64,000 bases of DNA from an uncultured virus (IMG/VR IMGVR_UViG_3300046691_000407) (IMGVR_UViG_3300046691_000407); one strand, 5' to 3'; numbered from the stretch's first letter, positions 1 to 10,802 are shown. Program-made: numbers and translations. Notes: generated from the letters alone by a model not told the origin.

Positions 1-1596
1 ATGGGGAGCCGAATGAACCAGAGCGCAGTCATATCCGCCGATCCGGTGCTGAAGATGTTCGATGCGGATGCGTCGAAGGTGCTTGGAGAGATGGCCGGCT
101 GGCTCGGTCTGGACGGCATCTCCATGCAGATGGAGCCGTCCTTCGTCCGCCACAAGATAGCCGTTGCATGCGAGCATTCCTTCGCGAACGAATTCTACAG
201 CACGGTCCACAGGGGCAAGGCCGAGTTCCAGGATGCTCCGGCCCTCAAGCAGGCCTATGTCAACGATCATGTGAAATCCGAGGCCGACAAGCGGTTCAAG
301 GCGCTGGTGTCGGTGGACAACATGCGGCGGGAGGTTCTCGGCGGCAGGCTGTGGGAGCCGTCGCGCGTCGTCTGCGACGAGATCCTCGCCACATCCTACG
401 AAGACTGCACTGGCTGCCACAACGGGACGGTCACATGCGGCGGGTGTTCGGGGCACGGAACCCAGATCTGCAACAACTGCCGGATCACCGGGCATCCCGC
501 CGGGTACGTAACGTGCTGGGGCTGCCACGGCACTGGCGGCGACCGTGATGCCGGAACCCAGGCGTGGTACAACTGCTCGGTCTGCAACGGCTGGAAGCGC
601 AAGTTGTGCAGAACGTGCGACGGAAGCACCAAGGTGCGCTGCTCCGGTTGCGGCGGCGACGGCACCGTCTACTGCGGATCGTGCGGCGGGCACGGCTATT
701 TCACGCGGGCGCACGGCTATCGGGTCAGTCTCGAGCTGAAGGCGCATGTCCGGTCTGCCACGCTGTCCGAGGCCGACGGGAAATACTTCGTGGCATGGCT
801 GAAGCAGGGCCTTCCCGGGCGCACGAGCCAGGAGGCGGGCACCGTCATGCCCTGTGCCATGATCGACAGCCCCGACAGCCGATATGACGGCTGGAAGGAT
901 GGTGTCTTCACCGCCCTGCTCGGTTTCACCTGCAATGTCACGACTGCGACGGTGAAGGCCTCATATGCGGGCAAGGAGACGGAATTTCTCTATGGCCGCT
1001 ACGGAACGCCCGCGTTCGGCTTCGCCAACTTCCTCGACCATGTCGTGGATGATGTCCTGAAGGTGGTGGTCGAGAAGGAGGATATGCCGCCTTCGCAGTA
1101 TCTCGCCACCTTCTCCAAGGTTCCGGGCCTTTCCGCCGGAATGCGGGTTGCCGGCTCGTCGAAGGAGGGGAAGAGCAGGTTTATGGACGAGTCGTCGGAC
1201 GTTCTTCGGGGATCGGTGCACTCGGAACTGATCGACATCGCGGTCGACGGATATCTTGCTTCGGTCGGCGTGATGGAGCGCGATGTGTCGGGTCGGGTCG
1301 GACGGGACGTTTCCCTGGCGGTCGCCGCTGCATGGATCGCCTGCTGGTTCGGCGGTTTTTTCGAATATGTCGACGGCCTTGGGAACGACTACAGGCTGCT
1401 GGCCTGCGTCGGCTTGGCGCTTGGAGTATCCTCGATCTCGGCAGCGCTCGTGAAGGCCCTCACCCGGCGGCGCATAAGCTCGGAGACTGGTGCGGCGGCG
1501 AAGTACGGCCTGCGCGGACGCGGCAAGCTGCTGTGTTTTCTTGGCGGCGTTGCCTTCGTCGTTGCGGGCATGGTTTCCGTCACATACGGGGGCTGA
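1..1596 (+). CDS. DnaJ-type zinc-finger (CxxCxGxG repeat) membrane protein without a J-domain
   Basis: Eight CxxC motifs (CTGC, CGGCSGHG, CNNC, CWGCHGTG, CSVC, CRTC, CSGCGGDG, CGSCGGHG) and about three hydrophobic C-terminal segments. Start is at the window edge and could be the ATG at 13. Confidence 0.7.
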   Translation: MGSRMNQSAVISADPVLKMFDADASKVLGEMAGWLGLDGISMQMEPSFVRHKIAVACEHSFANEFYSTVHRGKAEFQDAPALKQAYVNDHVKSEADKRFKALVSVDNMRREVLGGRLWEPSRVVCDEILATSYEDCTGCHNGTVTCGGCSGHGTQICNNCRITGHPAGYVTCWGCHGTGGDRDAGTQAWYNCSVCNGWKRKLCRTCDGSTKVRCSGCGGDGTVYCGSCGGHGYFTRAHGYRVSLELKAHVRSATLSEADGKYFVAWLKQGLPGRTSQEAGTVMPCAMIDSPDSRYDGWKDGVFTALLGFTCNVTTATVKASYAGKETEFLYGRYGTPAFGFANFLDHVVDDVLKVVVEKEDMPPSQYLATFSKVPGLSAGMRVAGSSKEGKSRFMDESSDVLRGSVHSELIDIAVDGYLASVGVMERDVSGRVGRDVSLAVAAAWIACWFGGFFEYVDGLGNDYRLLACVGLALGVSSISAALVKALTRRRISSETGAAAKYGLRGRGKLLCFLGGVAFVVAGMVSVTYGG

Positions 1597-1702
1597 AGCC
1601 GTCAATCGGAAGCGATTTGCGATCTTCAAGGGAGACGGCGCAAGCTCTCCGGTCAAAGGCGGCCGAGATCGAAGGCCGCCTGACGAGCCTCACTGGTGAA
1701 CG

Positions 1703-2266
1703 TCAGTTTACTTCATGCAGCGGATCGGTCGGGCCCACGGAGAACTCGCGGCCCGGATGATGCGCGCGGATCGCCTCCGCGATGTCGGGCCGTGCGTGTT
1801 CGAGCTGGCCAATGGTGATCTGCTGCATCCAGGACGCCGTCCAGAACGGCGTGTAGGCCACGGGCGTCGGAACTGGATCATCGAGATGGAAGACAAGGCC
1901 ATCGTATGTGACCGTCCACGGGTGGGCGATGGGCCCCGTGAGATTCCAGGCCTTCGCATCGAGGCAGACGATCTTTGTCGGTTCCTCCGAAGGATCCTCG
2001 CCGCCATCGAACCAGTGGAAGATCGCCGGGCATCCGTCGTCGAAGTATCGCTCGAGATTGTCGATCAGCGGCGCATCCGCGGCGTCCGCGATGAACTGGC
2101 GGGCGATGCTGTGGATGAGGTCTCCGTGCTTCCGCTTGCCGCCAGCGGCGTGGCTGGTGCTGACGGACCAGATGAATTCGCGGGAGCTGTGCGGTGACCT
2201 GATGAACGCCTGCTGGTGCCCGAAGCCGTTGATCACGCGGGTGGTGTAGGTCAGGTCGGTCAGCAC
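1703..2266 (-). CDS. hypothetical protein
   Basis: Part of ORF 1703..2500; start moved to GTG at 2266, preceded by AGGAGA. Confidence 0.6.
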   Translation of the reverse strand: MLTDLTYTTRVINGFGHQQAFIRSPHSSREFIWSVSTSHAAGGKRKHGDLIHSIARQFIADAADAPLIDNLERYFDDGCPAIFHWFDGGEDPSEEPTKIVCLDAKAWNLTGPIAHPWTVTYDGLVFHLDDPVPTPVAYTPFWTASWMQQITIGQLEHARPDIAEAIRAHHPGREFSVGPTDPLHEVN

Positions 2267-2389
2267 GGAATATCTCCTGTTCTTTCCAGCCGAGCGTATC
2301 CTCCGGCATCGCGATCCGCAACGTCGGCTCTTCAAACTACAGCGCTGAAATCCACGGCGCGGCCACCAGACTACGGACTGCGTTTCATC

Positions 2390-2432
2390 AATAAACCGCC
2401 CCGTTGCGGCTGCGCGAATGGGGCGGTTTATT
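2390..2432 (-). terminator. intrinsic terminator-like hairpin after Ig-repeat gene A
   Basis: AATAAACCGCCCC...GGGGCGGTTTATT inverted repeat just past the stop at 2434. Confidence 0.7.
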
Positions 2433-2433
2433 C

Positions 2434-5400
2434 TTAGTGTACGTCGAAGGACTCGATGGAGAGTGCCCCCGTCTTGTGCATGTCGTAGACCGTGTTCCAC
2501 TTCACGCCATCATTGGAGTTCCGCAGGATCACGCCCGTCCAGTCCAAGGCCGACCAGAAGACCCCTCGGAAGCTGGTGACATCCACCGGTGTGCCTCCGA
2601 AATCGATGGCCATCCATCCGCTGCCCGAGAAGCGCACGCCGGTGGCGTCGTTGCCGTCGAGGGAGAGTTTCGGATCCGAGAACGCACCCTGCGACTGATA
2701 GGTCGCCGTCCCCTGCCCGACCCGGAGCGAATGGTTCACTCCGCCCGCTCCGAGGAGCTGCATCTCATAGACGTCCTCGTAGCCCTGCGAGGTGTAGTAC
2801 TCGATCATCCAGAAGCGCTTGGGCTGGCCGTTGAGGATCGTCAGGCTCTGCGTGACGGATGTCGTCCCGTAGCCGTCAGTGACCGTGTATGTCACAGGCA
2901 GCACCGCGCCGTCTGCGTAGCCTGCGGCCGCGTCGACCGAGCCGTTGAGGGCGCCGGTCACCGGATTGATCGAAACACCCTGCGGTAGTCCTGCTGCGCT
3001 GAACACGGCGCCCTGGATCTGGCCGGAAGCGGAGATGACTTCAGTTTCGGTCTGCGTCCTTCCGATGTTGAGCGCCATGGGCCACGTCGTCAGCTTTATC
3101 TGCGTCGCTGTCATGCTGACGAAGTAGGTGAACGTGCGGATCGTCTTGCCGTCGTAGCCTTCCGTCACGGTGACGACATTGGCGCCGCTGCTTGTGAACG
3201 TGCCGCTGATTGCTCCGGTCTGAGGATCGATCACCAGCTTCCCGCCAGTCACATCGGTCGTGAACTTGAACGATACGTCAGCGATGGCCTTCCCCTGCGA
3301 CGGGGCGCGGGCTGCAACATTGACCGGGGCGTTCGCGCGGCTCGCTATGGTCTGGTTTGCGTAAGCGAGCGCGGTCACCGGAGCGATGATCAGATCCTTC
3401 GGCCCCGTTTCACTGTAGAGGCCGTCGACATCCGTCACCCGGAGGTTGACACCGCGGAAGACACCGACATCCGCATCCGTTCCGATAGCCTTGTAGAGTA
3501 TCCAGTCACCGGAGGCGTTCTTGATGAGTGAGACATTGGGTGGCAATGCGCCGGAACCCGGTGCCAGCGCCACCACATCCCCCACCTTCCTGTTGCCGTA
3601 GGCCGGAGTGATCGGAGTTGCGAGGTTCGTCTGATACCCCGTGGAGGAGACAGCGACCGAGATCGTCGGAGGCAGACCATTGGTCTTCACCGTGATGGAG
3701 ATCGGAGCGGTGCCGGTGTCGCCGAGGCTGTCCGTGCTCGAGATCGTTCCGGTGAACGTTCCCATTTCCGTGGAAGTCCCCGTGAACGTCCCATTGTTGA
3801 ACGACACGCCTACAGGCAGCGTTCCCACGTAGGTCCAGTTGGCCGAGCCTATCACGTTCTGGCGGGTGGCCGTCACAGCCGTCATGGGAGTGTTGACGGT
3901 CAGGTTAACCTGCGACGGGGCGGAGATGACCATGTTCGGGATCACCTGGATGCGAATGGGTTTGGACGTGACCCGGTCGCTTGAATCCGTGATATGCAGG
4001 TTCGGAGTGATGTCGATGATCTGCCTGGCGGTGCCCGAAATGACCCCGGTATCCGGGTTGATGGACAATCCGTAGTCGTTGAGGAGGTCATCAGCCCAGA
4101 ACCGGATGTTGCCCACGCTGTTCGACCATGCCGGAGCCACAGTGGTGACGGGTTTTCCGACCTTGGTGATGAAGTCGGTCACCGTCAGGCTGATTGGGTT
4201 TCCGTTCGTGGAGACGACGAACGAGAACGTCTTGGTGACGCTCCCGCCGCCTTCGTCCGAAACCGTGACCGTGATGCCGTTGAATGTGCCGACGACCGTC
4301 GCGGATCCAGAAAAGATGCCGTCCACCGGGTCGAAGGAGATGCCAGTCGGCAGCGTGCCTGTCTGCGTGAACGCAACCTTGCCGACCCCGTTCGAAACGG
4401 GAACCGTGAGTTTGTAGTTCAGGTTGGCAAACACCGGGTACGACGTTGCGAGAGGCACCGTCAGTGGCAGGCGGTCCGTGACCGTGACGGCGAACGGCGC
4501 CGTCTGTGCCGTTGACCCCGAGGAGTCCATGACCTTGACGACGATGCCAGTCGCAGAACCCTTGGTCTTGGGAGTGCCGGAGATGGAACCGCTCGTCGTG
4601 CTGAAGGACAGCCCGTCAGGGAGTGTCCCGGCGAGTTCATAGATCACGTTGCCGATCGGGTTGACGAGCTTCGGAGACACAGACTTCGCGCTGAACTGGT
4701 TCCAGATCAGATCCGCGCCGATGGGAGCGGTCAGCGACAGGGATCCGACAGCCTTGATGGTGACTGCCGTGGTCTTCGAGCGGCCGAAGTCGTCGGTGAC
4801 CGTCACAGCGAAAGTGCTTGTCCCGTCGGAAGTCAGCGTGCCGGAGACGACACCCGTCTTCTCGTCGAGCGAGACGCCTGCCGGAAGATTGGCCGAGGTG
4901 ACGGCAAATGTGAGCGGCGCCGTGGCGTTGCCCGCGACTATCGACTTCGTGAAGGACGAGCCGGTGCGGACGACATATGTCGTGGCTGTTGCCAGTGAAA
5001 TTGTCCCGGCCCTGGAGACGTCGATTTCGAACTCTCCGGTGGAGCCGGCGTATGCGCTGCCCTCGCTGTCTGTCGCCGTCACCTCGATATCCTTGAACCG
5101 TCCGTCGACGGTGGGAGCTCCGGTGAACCAGCCCGTGGCCGCATCGAACTTGATGCCCGGAGGCAGCGCGCCTGCGATGTCGTAGGTCACGGGGCCGATG
5201 GCATTCTTGAGCGTGGGCTTGCGAGGGAGATTGGCTGTGGAGTTGATGATGAGAAGAGGCGAGAAGTCGTAGGAGACCTGCACCTGCTGGCGGGCAGCGA
5301 CCTTCAGTGTCATCGGCAGGTCCTGAACGGATCCTGCCGCGTCTGTTACGGTGAGGACAACGGACCTGGTCTCGTTTTCAAGCACTGGAGTGCCGGAAAT

Positions 5401-7875
5401 GATGCCCGTGTCGTAGTTGAGACCGACCGGGAGCGAGCCGTTGAACGAATAGCTTATCGGCTCGATGCCGTTCTCGATCGTGGCGTTGATCAAGGCCTGG
5501 GAGCCGCGCGGCAGATTGAACGTCGAGGAGGGTGCGGATCTGAGTAGGCTGGCCCTCGCCTGTCCCGGTGCCTGCGTCGTTGCAGACAAGCTCGCTGACA
5601 TGGGCTCGAGGATGTTGAGGGTGAAGGGGGCCTTCAGCGAACGTCCCGTATCGTCGGATATCGTGACCTGAAAGGTGTACGACCCCACCGTCGGGATCGC
5701 TCCAAGGAGATGTTCGGAATCCACCAGCACGCCAGCCGGAAGCCCTTCGAAGGCGTAGGTGACGTCTCCGAATGCGTTTTGCGGCTTTGGCAGAACGAAG
5801 TCGAACGGAATGCCGACCGTCCATCTTCTGGAAGTGTCGCTGGCGGCAAGCCCGTTCAGGTCCATCGGCTTCACCACAGTGACGGTGATCGGATCCGCGT
5901 CGTCGAAATAGCCTTCTCCGTCGGTCGCGCGCACGACGATCCCGCCGTATTGACCTTCAGGGTCTTCAGTGTGGCCGATAATGGCGCCGTTTTCGTCGAT
6001 CGTCAGTCCATGGGGGAGGCTTCCCGACGAGATGGAATATTGGACTCCGCCGAAGGCGTTGGTCGATGACGCGACCGAAACCTGGTTGGCTACGAACCGT
6101 TCGACGGAAGCGCTCGCCGCCGTCGCCACGACATTCGGACGATCCTGGACGTCGATGGAGAAGGCATTCGAGGGGGATGACTGCTTGCTCTCGTCGCTGA
6201 TCGTGACCTTGATGCCGCTTGTGATCCCTATCGTTGTCGGAGCGCCCGTGATGGCCCCAGAATACTTGTTGAGGGACAGGCCATCAGGAAGCGCGCCCTG
6301 TGAGACCACGAGACTGGCGGCGCCGATGACGCTCTTCTCCGGAACTGTCGGGGTCGCACTCAGGGGAACGCGCCTGTAGGCCGTTATGACGTTCGCATAG
6401 GATACGGACAGTGGATTGAAGATTCCGACAGGCTGAAGGAAGGTCTTCTCATGCCCGTCTCCGTTCAGGAGGTTGAACGCGACGTCGTAGTCCCCCGCGG
6501 TCGCGATCTTGCCTGAAACGGTGGCGGTGCCGTAGTTGACGGTGATTGCGGGATCGACTGTGCTGCCCGCCGCCGCAGCGAAGGAGTAGGGAGCGACGAC
6601 ACCGCTTGCGAGCCTGGGCGCAACGGATGCGAAGTTCTCGTTGATACGCTTGAGGATAGGCGTGAAGGTGACTTCGATGTCGGCGGGATTCACCTTGAAG
6701 GTGAAAGGATTCGATGTGTCCGATCCGCCGTCGGAAGTTGTCACCGAGATCTGGATGTTCTCCTGGGATTCTTCCTTTGTCGGGGTGCCGGAGACAATTC
6801 CTGTGTCGGGATCGAGTGCAATGCCATCCGGCAGCGAGCCGGAAACCACCTGCCAGTCCATGCTTCCGGATAGATCCTTCGACCCCAACTGGATCCCATA
6901 TGGATATCCGACCGTGGCACTCAGGTTGGACAAGGCCGAAAGGTCGAGATCAGGCGCAAATGTCGAGAAGGTGAAGACGTTCGAAATCCCCTTGGTTCCA
7001 TCTTCGTCGATAACCTCGATCTGGAAACGGAGCGCAGTATTGAACGTTCCGATCACGCCCTCCAGTCTTCCGGTGGTGCTGTCGAATCTCAGAGAGTCGG
7101 GCTTGCCGTCGAATGCGATCAGCCTGAAGTTCATGTTGCCGACGTGGCGCACGACGCTGGCAGAAGCGTCGAAGTAGTGGCCGGGATGGAGGAACTGGTC
7201 CCCGATCCGCTCTACGACGGGGCCGGGCTCAACGATGAGGTCGCCTGACGCAAAGGCCACTTCCTTGCCAGTGTAGTCGTACCCGATGAAGGACACGCCC
7301 GTATTGTAGGTCTTGGCGGGCGTACCGACCAGCGCCTGCGCCTCGGTCTTGAATTCCGTCGGCAGCGGTGCCAGGGCTTCCCAGCGAGAGACGTTCACCG
7401 AGGCCGGGACGACCCGGTACATGTATTGATTGGTATGCCCGTAGAAGACGAGATTCTGCGGCGCACCGACGGGATTGTAGAAGCGGAATGTGATGTCCGC
7501 GCGTGCGATCAGCTTGCCGGTCACATCGTAGCCGAGCAGGATCGTATTCTTGGGTTCCGTGGCGCCCGAGGGGATGCCGGAGATCACTCCCGTATCGGCG
7601 TCGAGCGCGAGCCCGGGCTGGTACGAACCCTTGGATCTTCTCCATTCGACGACATCATTCGTCGCGACGGGGATCTTCTTCGTGAAGGCATAGCCGATCG
7701 CGCCGGTGAAGTAGACCGTGATATCGTTGCCGACACCGAACCCGGGGTCTTCAGGAACTGACGTTGAAAGGGAAATCGGGGTCTTGTAGCGGAAGACGAA
7801 TTGGTCTGCGCTGGCTGCAGCCGGCGAGGTGCATATGGAAGTCGCGACAAGGATTCGCAGGATTCTCGAGAACAC
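2434..7875 (-). CDS. large secreted putative-Ig (He_PIG/cadherin-like) repeat protein with discoidin-like C-terminal tip, paralog A
   Basis: 1813 aa, GTG start, Sec-type signal (..AAASA-D), many LPxGLxxDxxTGxISGTP repeats, tail with W-x-x-x-DFG and SNDGVKW typical of F5/8-C-like folds. Confidence 0.88.
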   Translation of the reverse strand: MFSRILRILVATSICTSPAAASADQFVFRYKTPISLSTSVPEDPGFGVGNDITVYFTGAIGYAFTKKIPVATNDVVEWRRSKGSYQPGLALDADTGVISGIPSGATEPKNTILLGYDVTGKLIARADITFRFYNPVGAPQNLVFYGHTNQYMYRVVPASVNVSRWEALAPLPTEFKTEAQALVGTPAKTYNTGVSFIGYDYTGKEVAFASGDLIVEPGPVVERIGDQFLHPGHYFDASASVVRHVGNMNFRLIAFDGKPDSLRFDSTTGRLEGVIGTFNTALRFQIEVIDEDGTKGISNVFTFSTFAPDLDLSALSNLSATVGYPYGIQLGSKDLSGSMDWQVVSGSLPDGIALDPDTGIVSGTPTKEESQENIQISVTTSDGGSDTSNPFTFKVNPADIEVTFTPILKRINENFASVAPRLASGVVAPYSFAAAAGSTVDPAITVNYGTATVSGKIATAGDYDVAFNLLNGDGHEKTFLQPVGIFNPLSVSYANVITAYRRVPLSATPTVPEKSVIGAASLVVSQGALPDGLSLNKYSGAITGAPTTIGITSGIKVTISDESKQSSPSNAFSIDVQDRPNVVATAASASVERFVANQVSVASSTNAFGGVQYSISSGSLPHGLTIDENGAIIGHTEDPEGQYGGIVVRATDGEGYFDDADPITVTVVKPMDLNGLAASDTSRRWTVGIPFDFVLPKPQNAFGDVTYAFEGLPAGVLVDSEHLLGAIPTVGSYTFQVTISDDTGRSLKAPFTLNILEPMSASLSATTQAPGQARASLLRSAPSSTFNLPRGSQALINATIENGIEPISYSFNGSLPVGLNYDTGIISGTPVLENETRSVVLTVTDAAGSVQDLPMTLKVAARQQVQVSYDFSPLLIINSTANLPRKPTLKNAIGPVTYDIAGALPPGIKFDAATGWFTGAPTVDGRFKDIEVTATDSEGSAYAGSTGEFEIDVSRAGTISLATATTYVVRTGSSFTKSIVAGNATAPLTFAVTSANLPAGVSLDEKTGVVSGTLTSDGTSTFAVTVTDDFGRSKTTAVTIKAVGSLSLTAPIGADLIWNQFSAKSVSPKLVNPIGNVIYELAGTLPDGLSFSTTSGSISGTPKTKGSATGIVVKVMDSSGSTAQTAPFAVTVTDRLPLTVPLATSYPVFANLNYKLTVPVSNGVGKVAFTQTGTLPTGISFDPVDGIFSGSATVVGTFNGITVTVSDEGGGSVTKTFSFVVSTNGNPISLTVTDFITKVGKPVTTVAPAWSNSVGNIRFWADDLLNDYGLSINPDTGVISGTARQIIDITPNLHITDSSDRVTSKPIRIQVIPNMVISAPSQVNLTVNTPMTAVTATRQNVIGSANWTYVGTLPVGVSFNNGTFTGTSTEMGTFTGTISSTDSLGDTGTAPISITVKTNGLPPTISVAVSSTGYQTNLATPITPAYGNRKVGDVVALAPGSGALPPNVSLIKNASGDWILYKAIGTDADVGVFRGVNLRVTDVDGLYSETGPKDLIIAPVTALAYANQTIASRANAPVNVAARAPSQGKAIADVSFKFTTDVTGGKLVIDPQTGAISGTFTSSGANVVTVTEGYDGKTIRTFTYFVSMTATQIKLTTWPMALNIGRTQTETEVISASGQIQGAVFSAAGLPQGVSINPVTGALNGSVDAAAGYADGAVLPVTYTVTDGYGTTSVTQSLTILNGQPKRFWMIEYYTSQGYEDVYEMQLLGAGGVNHSLRVGQGTATYQSQGAFSDPKLSLDGNDATGVRFSGSGWMAIDFGGTPVDVTSFRGVFWSALDWTGVILRNSNDGVKWNTVYDMHKTGALSIESFDVH

Positions 7876-8042
7876 GGTTCGACCCCCGATTGATCAGAAC
7901 CTGTATCATAAGTTTCGGCGGATCCAATCACAACACGCGGCATGCGGGTGTGCGAGGTGAGGCGGGCGTCAAATGCTAGCATGGGTTGATCGTGGTCTAC
8001 GGCTGGGGTCGGGTCGAGCGCCGCGTAACGGAAGTGATAGCC

Positions 8043-8264
8043 TTACTTGCGAACGCCGCCTGTGAGGGTCAGATTCCGAACCTCAACGTGCCGATCATCA
8101 TTGGCTTCGCGGTCAAGATGGTCGAGGCCAATCTCCAGCAAAAGGCGGAGTGCTTCGCTTTCCGTATTGATGCGATTGGTGAACCGAAAGTCTGAAATGC
8201 GATCAAGCATCGCGGGATCGAGGTTGATGAGTTTTTTCGATGTCAGAACAGGGTCTTTTGCCAT
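8043..8264 (-). CDS. ribbon-helix-helix (CopG/Arc-like) transcriptional regulator
   Basis: KLINLDPAMLDRISDFRF-x-NRINTESEALRLLLEIGL pattern; AT-rich upstream region. Confidence 0.7.
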   Translation of the reverse strand: MAKDPVLTSKKLINLDPAMLDRISDFRFTNRINTESEALRLLLEIGLDHLDREANDDRHVEVRNLTLTGGVRK

Positions 8265-8379
8265 GGCATATACATGACATAAAGCGTATTACGATGCAAG
8301 AACATATAACGCATATGTCTATGCTATGCGTTGGAGGCGACGACGGTGTCCATCGACCTCCATCAACGACGAGGCGAAA

Positions 8380-8946
8380 TCACGCCCCGTCGGCCGCCTT
8401 TAGGAAGGGGCGGATGACTTCGAGGGTGCTCCGGGCCGCGTGGAGATCTCCGATGGTCACCGGACAGCGACCATCGTGGATGGAGAGTATCTCTGCATCG
8501 GATTTCGCGTTCGGATAAGTCTCCGAGAAGCGCGAGAACGGCTGGAGTGCCAGTTCCGCGTCCTTCAGAAGTGCCATGATCGTCTTGGCGCGCTGGACGA
8601 CCTCGCCGTGAGATTCGAGCGGATCGCCGAACCATGAATCTCCTTTGATGCCGATGGCCCGGGCCAGCGCCGAGTATTCGTCCTTCGTCACCATGAAGGC
8701 CAACTCCATCTCCTTCGCCTCCGCAACCCAGTCCGTCGCATCGACATCGTCCTTCGGTTCGTTGATCTCGGCCCAGTGCGTCGGCGCATGGAACGTCCCG
8801 TCCATCGTCGTGAAGGCATCCTTGTCGAGGCTGCCCATGTGGCTGACGGCAACCGCGCCCTTCGGGAAGGAGGCGATGAGATATCTTTCGCGGAAGCTTT
8901 TAGGGCGTTCGGTCGGTGCAGTGTCGATGGGCTGCCAGTCGATCAT
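8380..8946 (-). CDS. phage-type hypothetical protein (WQPIxTAP N-terminus)
   Basis: MIDWQPIDTAP...PTHW motif; AAGGA RBS; abuts the stop of the upstream gene. Confidence 0.65.
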   Translation of the reverse strand: MIDWQPIDTAPTERPKSFRERYLIASFPKGAVAVSHMGSLDKDAFTTMDGTFHAPTHWAEINEPKDDVDATDWVAEAKEMELAFMVTKDEYSALARAIGIKGDSWFGDPLESHGEVVQRAKTIMALLKDAELALQPFSRFSETYPNAKSDAEILSIHDGRCPVTIGDLHAARSTLEVIRPFLKAADGA

Positions 8947-8947
8947 G

Positions 8948-9328
8948 TCAGGTGTCCTTCTTTGCCGGGAAGCGGCCTTCGTTGATTGCCTTCTGTGAAT
9001 CCCTCGCCCATTCCGCCCTCGCCTCGTTGATGGCATCGGCGCGCGTCTTCGCGGCCTTCGCTTCCAGGAAGCCCTTCTCCGTGGCCATGAAGAGGAAGTC
9101 GGGTCTGGATCCCATGAAGGTGATCCCGTGCCGGGTGTTGCGCAGCAAGCCGATCTTCACCGCCTTGCGGAATGCCGGGCGCAGCCATTCCTCGGAAGGA
9201 GACAGACGGGCCTTCGTCGGGGTTTCGCCATCCTCCGCCCATCGCGCCATGACGGTGTCGATGTGCTTCGGATATCCGGGAAGGCGGCGGCCGACCGCCT
9301 GCTCCATAGGTGTCATGGGCTTGGGCAT
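8948..9328 (-). CDS. hypothetical protein
   Basis: Tightly packed minus-strand operon; start set at MPKPM. Confidence 0.6.
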   Translation of the reverse strand: MPKPMTPMEQAVGRRLPGYPKHIDTVMARWAEDGETPTKARLSPSEEWLRPAFRKAVKIGLLRNTRHGITFMGSRPDFLFMATEKGFLEAKAAKTRADAINEARAEWARDSQKAINEGRFPAKKDT

Positions 9329-9345
9329 GGCCTGCCGCCTTTTCG

Positions 9346-9993
9346 TTAGCGAAGGGAGTTGCGGATGGTGCTTGCGAGGGACTGGATTGCCTGCGGATCG
9401 GCGCCTGCCGACAGTGCCGGGAGCCGGTCGTGGTAGATGCCGCGCGGTCCCCATTCTGCAGGATTATATGTGGCGACCTTCTTCATGTCGGCACCTTCGA
9501 GTCGGCCGACGAAAATTTTCGAGCCATCGCCTGAATTGTATTTCGAAACCACGACCTGGCTGTTCTTCCAGAGGCGGAGGCCACCGAAGTCGGCGCACGG
9601 AAATGTGTCGGACGGGATCCAGCTTTCCGCAACGTCATGGCCATTGAACTGGCAGCGCTTGTCGAATGGACGTGTCGCAGCGTCATCGATCGCCGCGGCG
9701 AGGTCGACGACGGCTGGCTCGTATACTCTTGCAACCGCGCGCTCGGCGTAGTTGTCGTGAATGCACCATGCGGCGAAGGCGAGCACGAACGAGAACAGGA
9801 TGGTCGTCACGCGGCGGTAGCTGCGCCAGTAGCCTGGCTCGTCCAGAGGAGTGTCGTCTTCCTCCTTTTCCTTCTTCTTGCGATCGTCCTTGACGAAGTC
9901 GGAGGTGATGCCGGCACCAACGCCGAAGATGATGAGAGCTGCGACACCGACCAGCGCTGCTGCGACGATGTTGTAGGAGAAGAAAATTTCCAC
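9346..9993 (-). CDS. membrane-anchored protein, CxxNG...PC family paralog 1
   Basis: Two N-terminal TM segments; FDKRCQFNGH...DTFPC. Confidence 0.7.
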   Translation of the reverse strand: MEIFFSYNIVAAALVGVAALIIFGVGAGITSDFVKDDRKKKEKEEDDTPLDEPGYWRSYRRVTTILFSFVLAFAAWCIHDNYAERAVARVYEPAVVDLAAAIDDAATRPFDKRCQFNGHDVAESWIPSDTFPCADFGGLRLWKNSQVVVSKYNSGDGSKIFVGRLEGADMKKVATYNPAEWGPRGIYHDRLPALSAGADPQAIQSLASTIRNSLR

Positions 9994-10010
9994 GTCTCGG
10001 TATCCTTTGA

Positions 10011-10553
10011 TTATTCGTTGGTCAGTTTCGCGAGGACTTCGCCCTCGATCTTAATGAGAGCATCCATCGCATCGCTCGAGATCGAGTCCTTTGCGATGAA
10101 CGTCCGGGCCGCGCGGATCCTCTCAGCGAGCGCGGCGTCGATGACGCGCGGCGGCTCGCCCGGCTTCGAGACGCCCAGGCGGGCATCTGCGAGATAGGCA
10201 TCGATGGCCTCGACCTCGACGCAGAAGTCGATGTCGGCGTCGGGGTGGTGGCCGAAGCGTCCGAGCGCTTCATCGTCATCGTAGGAGCCGAACAGGGTCT
10301 CGTGCTCGTTGCCCGAGAGGACGGTCAGGACGCCCTGTCCGAGATTGACGATCCAGTCCCCTGCCCTTGCGACAAGGATTCCGCTCGCGGTGCCGACATG
10401 AACCTCGTTGCCGAGGCGCATGATCGCTCCCGCGGTGTCGGGCGTCCCCTTCCTGAGGGCTTCGCCGATCCACTGCGGCGCGCCGCCTTCGATCTTGTTG
10501 CCATCCCAGCGGACGAATTGGACGAGGAGTTCGTGGATTGGAGTAGTTGTCAT
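10011..10553 (-). CDS. phage-type hypothetical protein
   Basis: VGTASGILVARAGDWIV resembles the phage TxxGxxxAxxGDWI family; AGAGGG RBS. Confidence 0.6.
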   Translation of the reverse strand: MTTTPIHELLVQFVRWDGNKIEGGAPQWIGEALRKGTPDTAGAIMRLGNEVHVGTASGILVARAGDWIVNLGQGVLTVLSGNEHETLFGSYDDDEALGRFGHHPDADIDFCVEVEAIDAYLADARLGVSKPGEPPRVIDAALAERIRAARTFIAKDSISSDAMDALIKIEGEVLAKLTNE

Positions 10554-10582
10554 CGAATGAATCCCTCTTGCGATGCCAGTGG

Positions 10583-10798
10583 TCATGAAATGCGTGTGAC
10601 GTCGACGGGAGTGGAATGTCCGTGGATGAACAGCCTGCCGGTTCCGCCGAAGTTCTCGAGCGAGACGGTCGCGCCGAACGTCCACTGGAACTCGTTGATG
10701 AAGCTGGTCTGCTGCCATGCCGACCCGTCGGACAGGCGGAAGACCGCCCCGTTGGCGTATCCGTTGCAGCCGCCGCTGATCTGAAGCTCCATTGTCAT
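10583..10798 (-). CDS. small hypothetical protein
   Basis: Operon packing; FRLSDGSAWQQ motif; AGGA RBS. Confidence 0.5.
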   Translation of the reverse strand: MTMELQISGGCNGYANGAVFRLSDGSAWQQTSFINEFQWTFGATVSLENFGGTGRLFIHGHSTPVDVTRIS

Positions 10799-10802
10799 CG
10801 TC

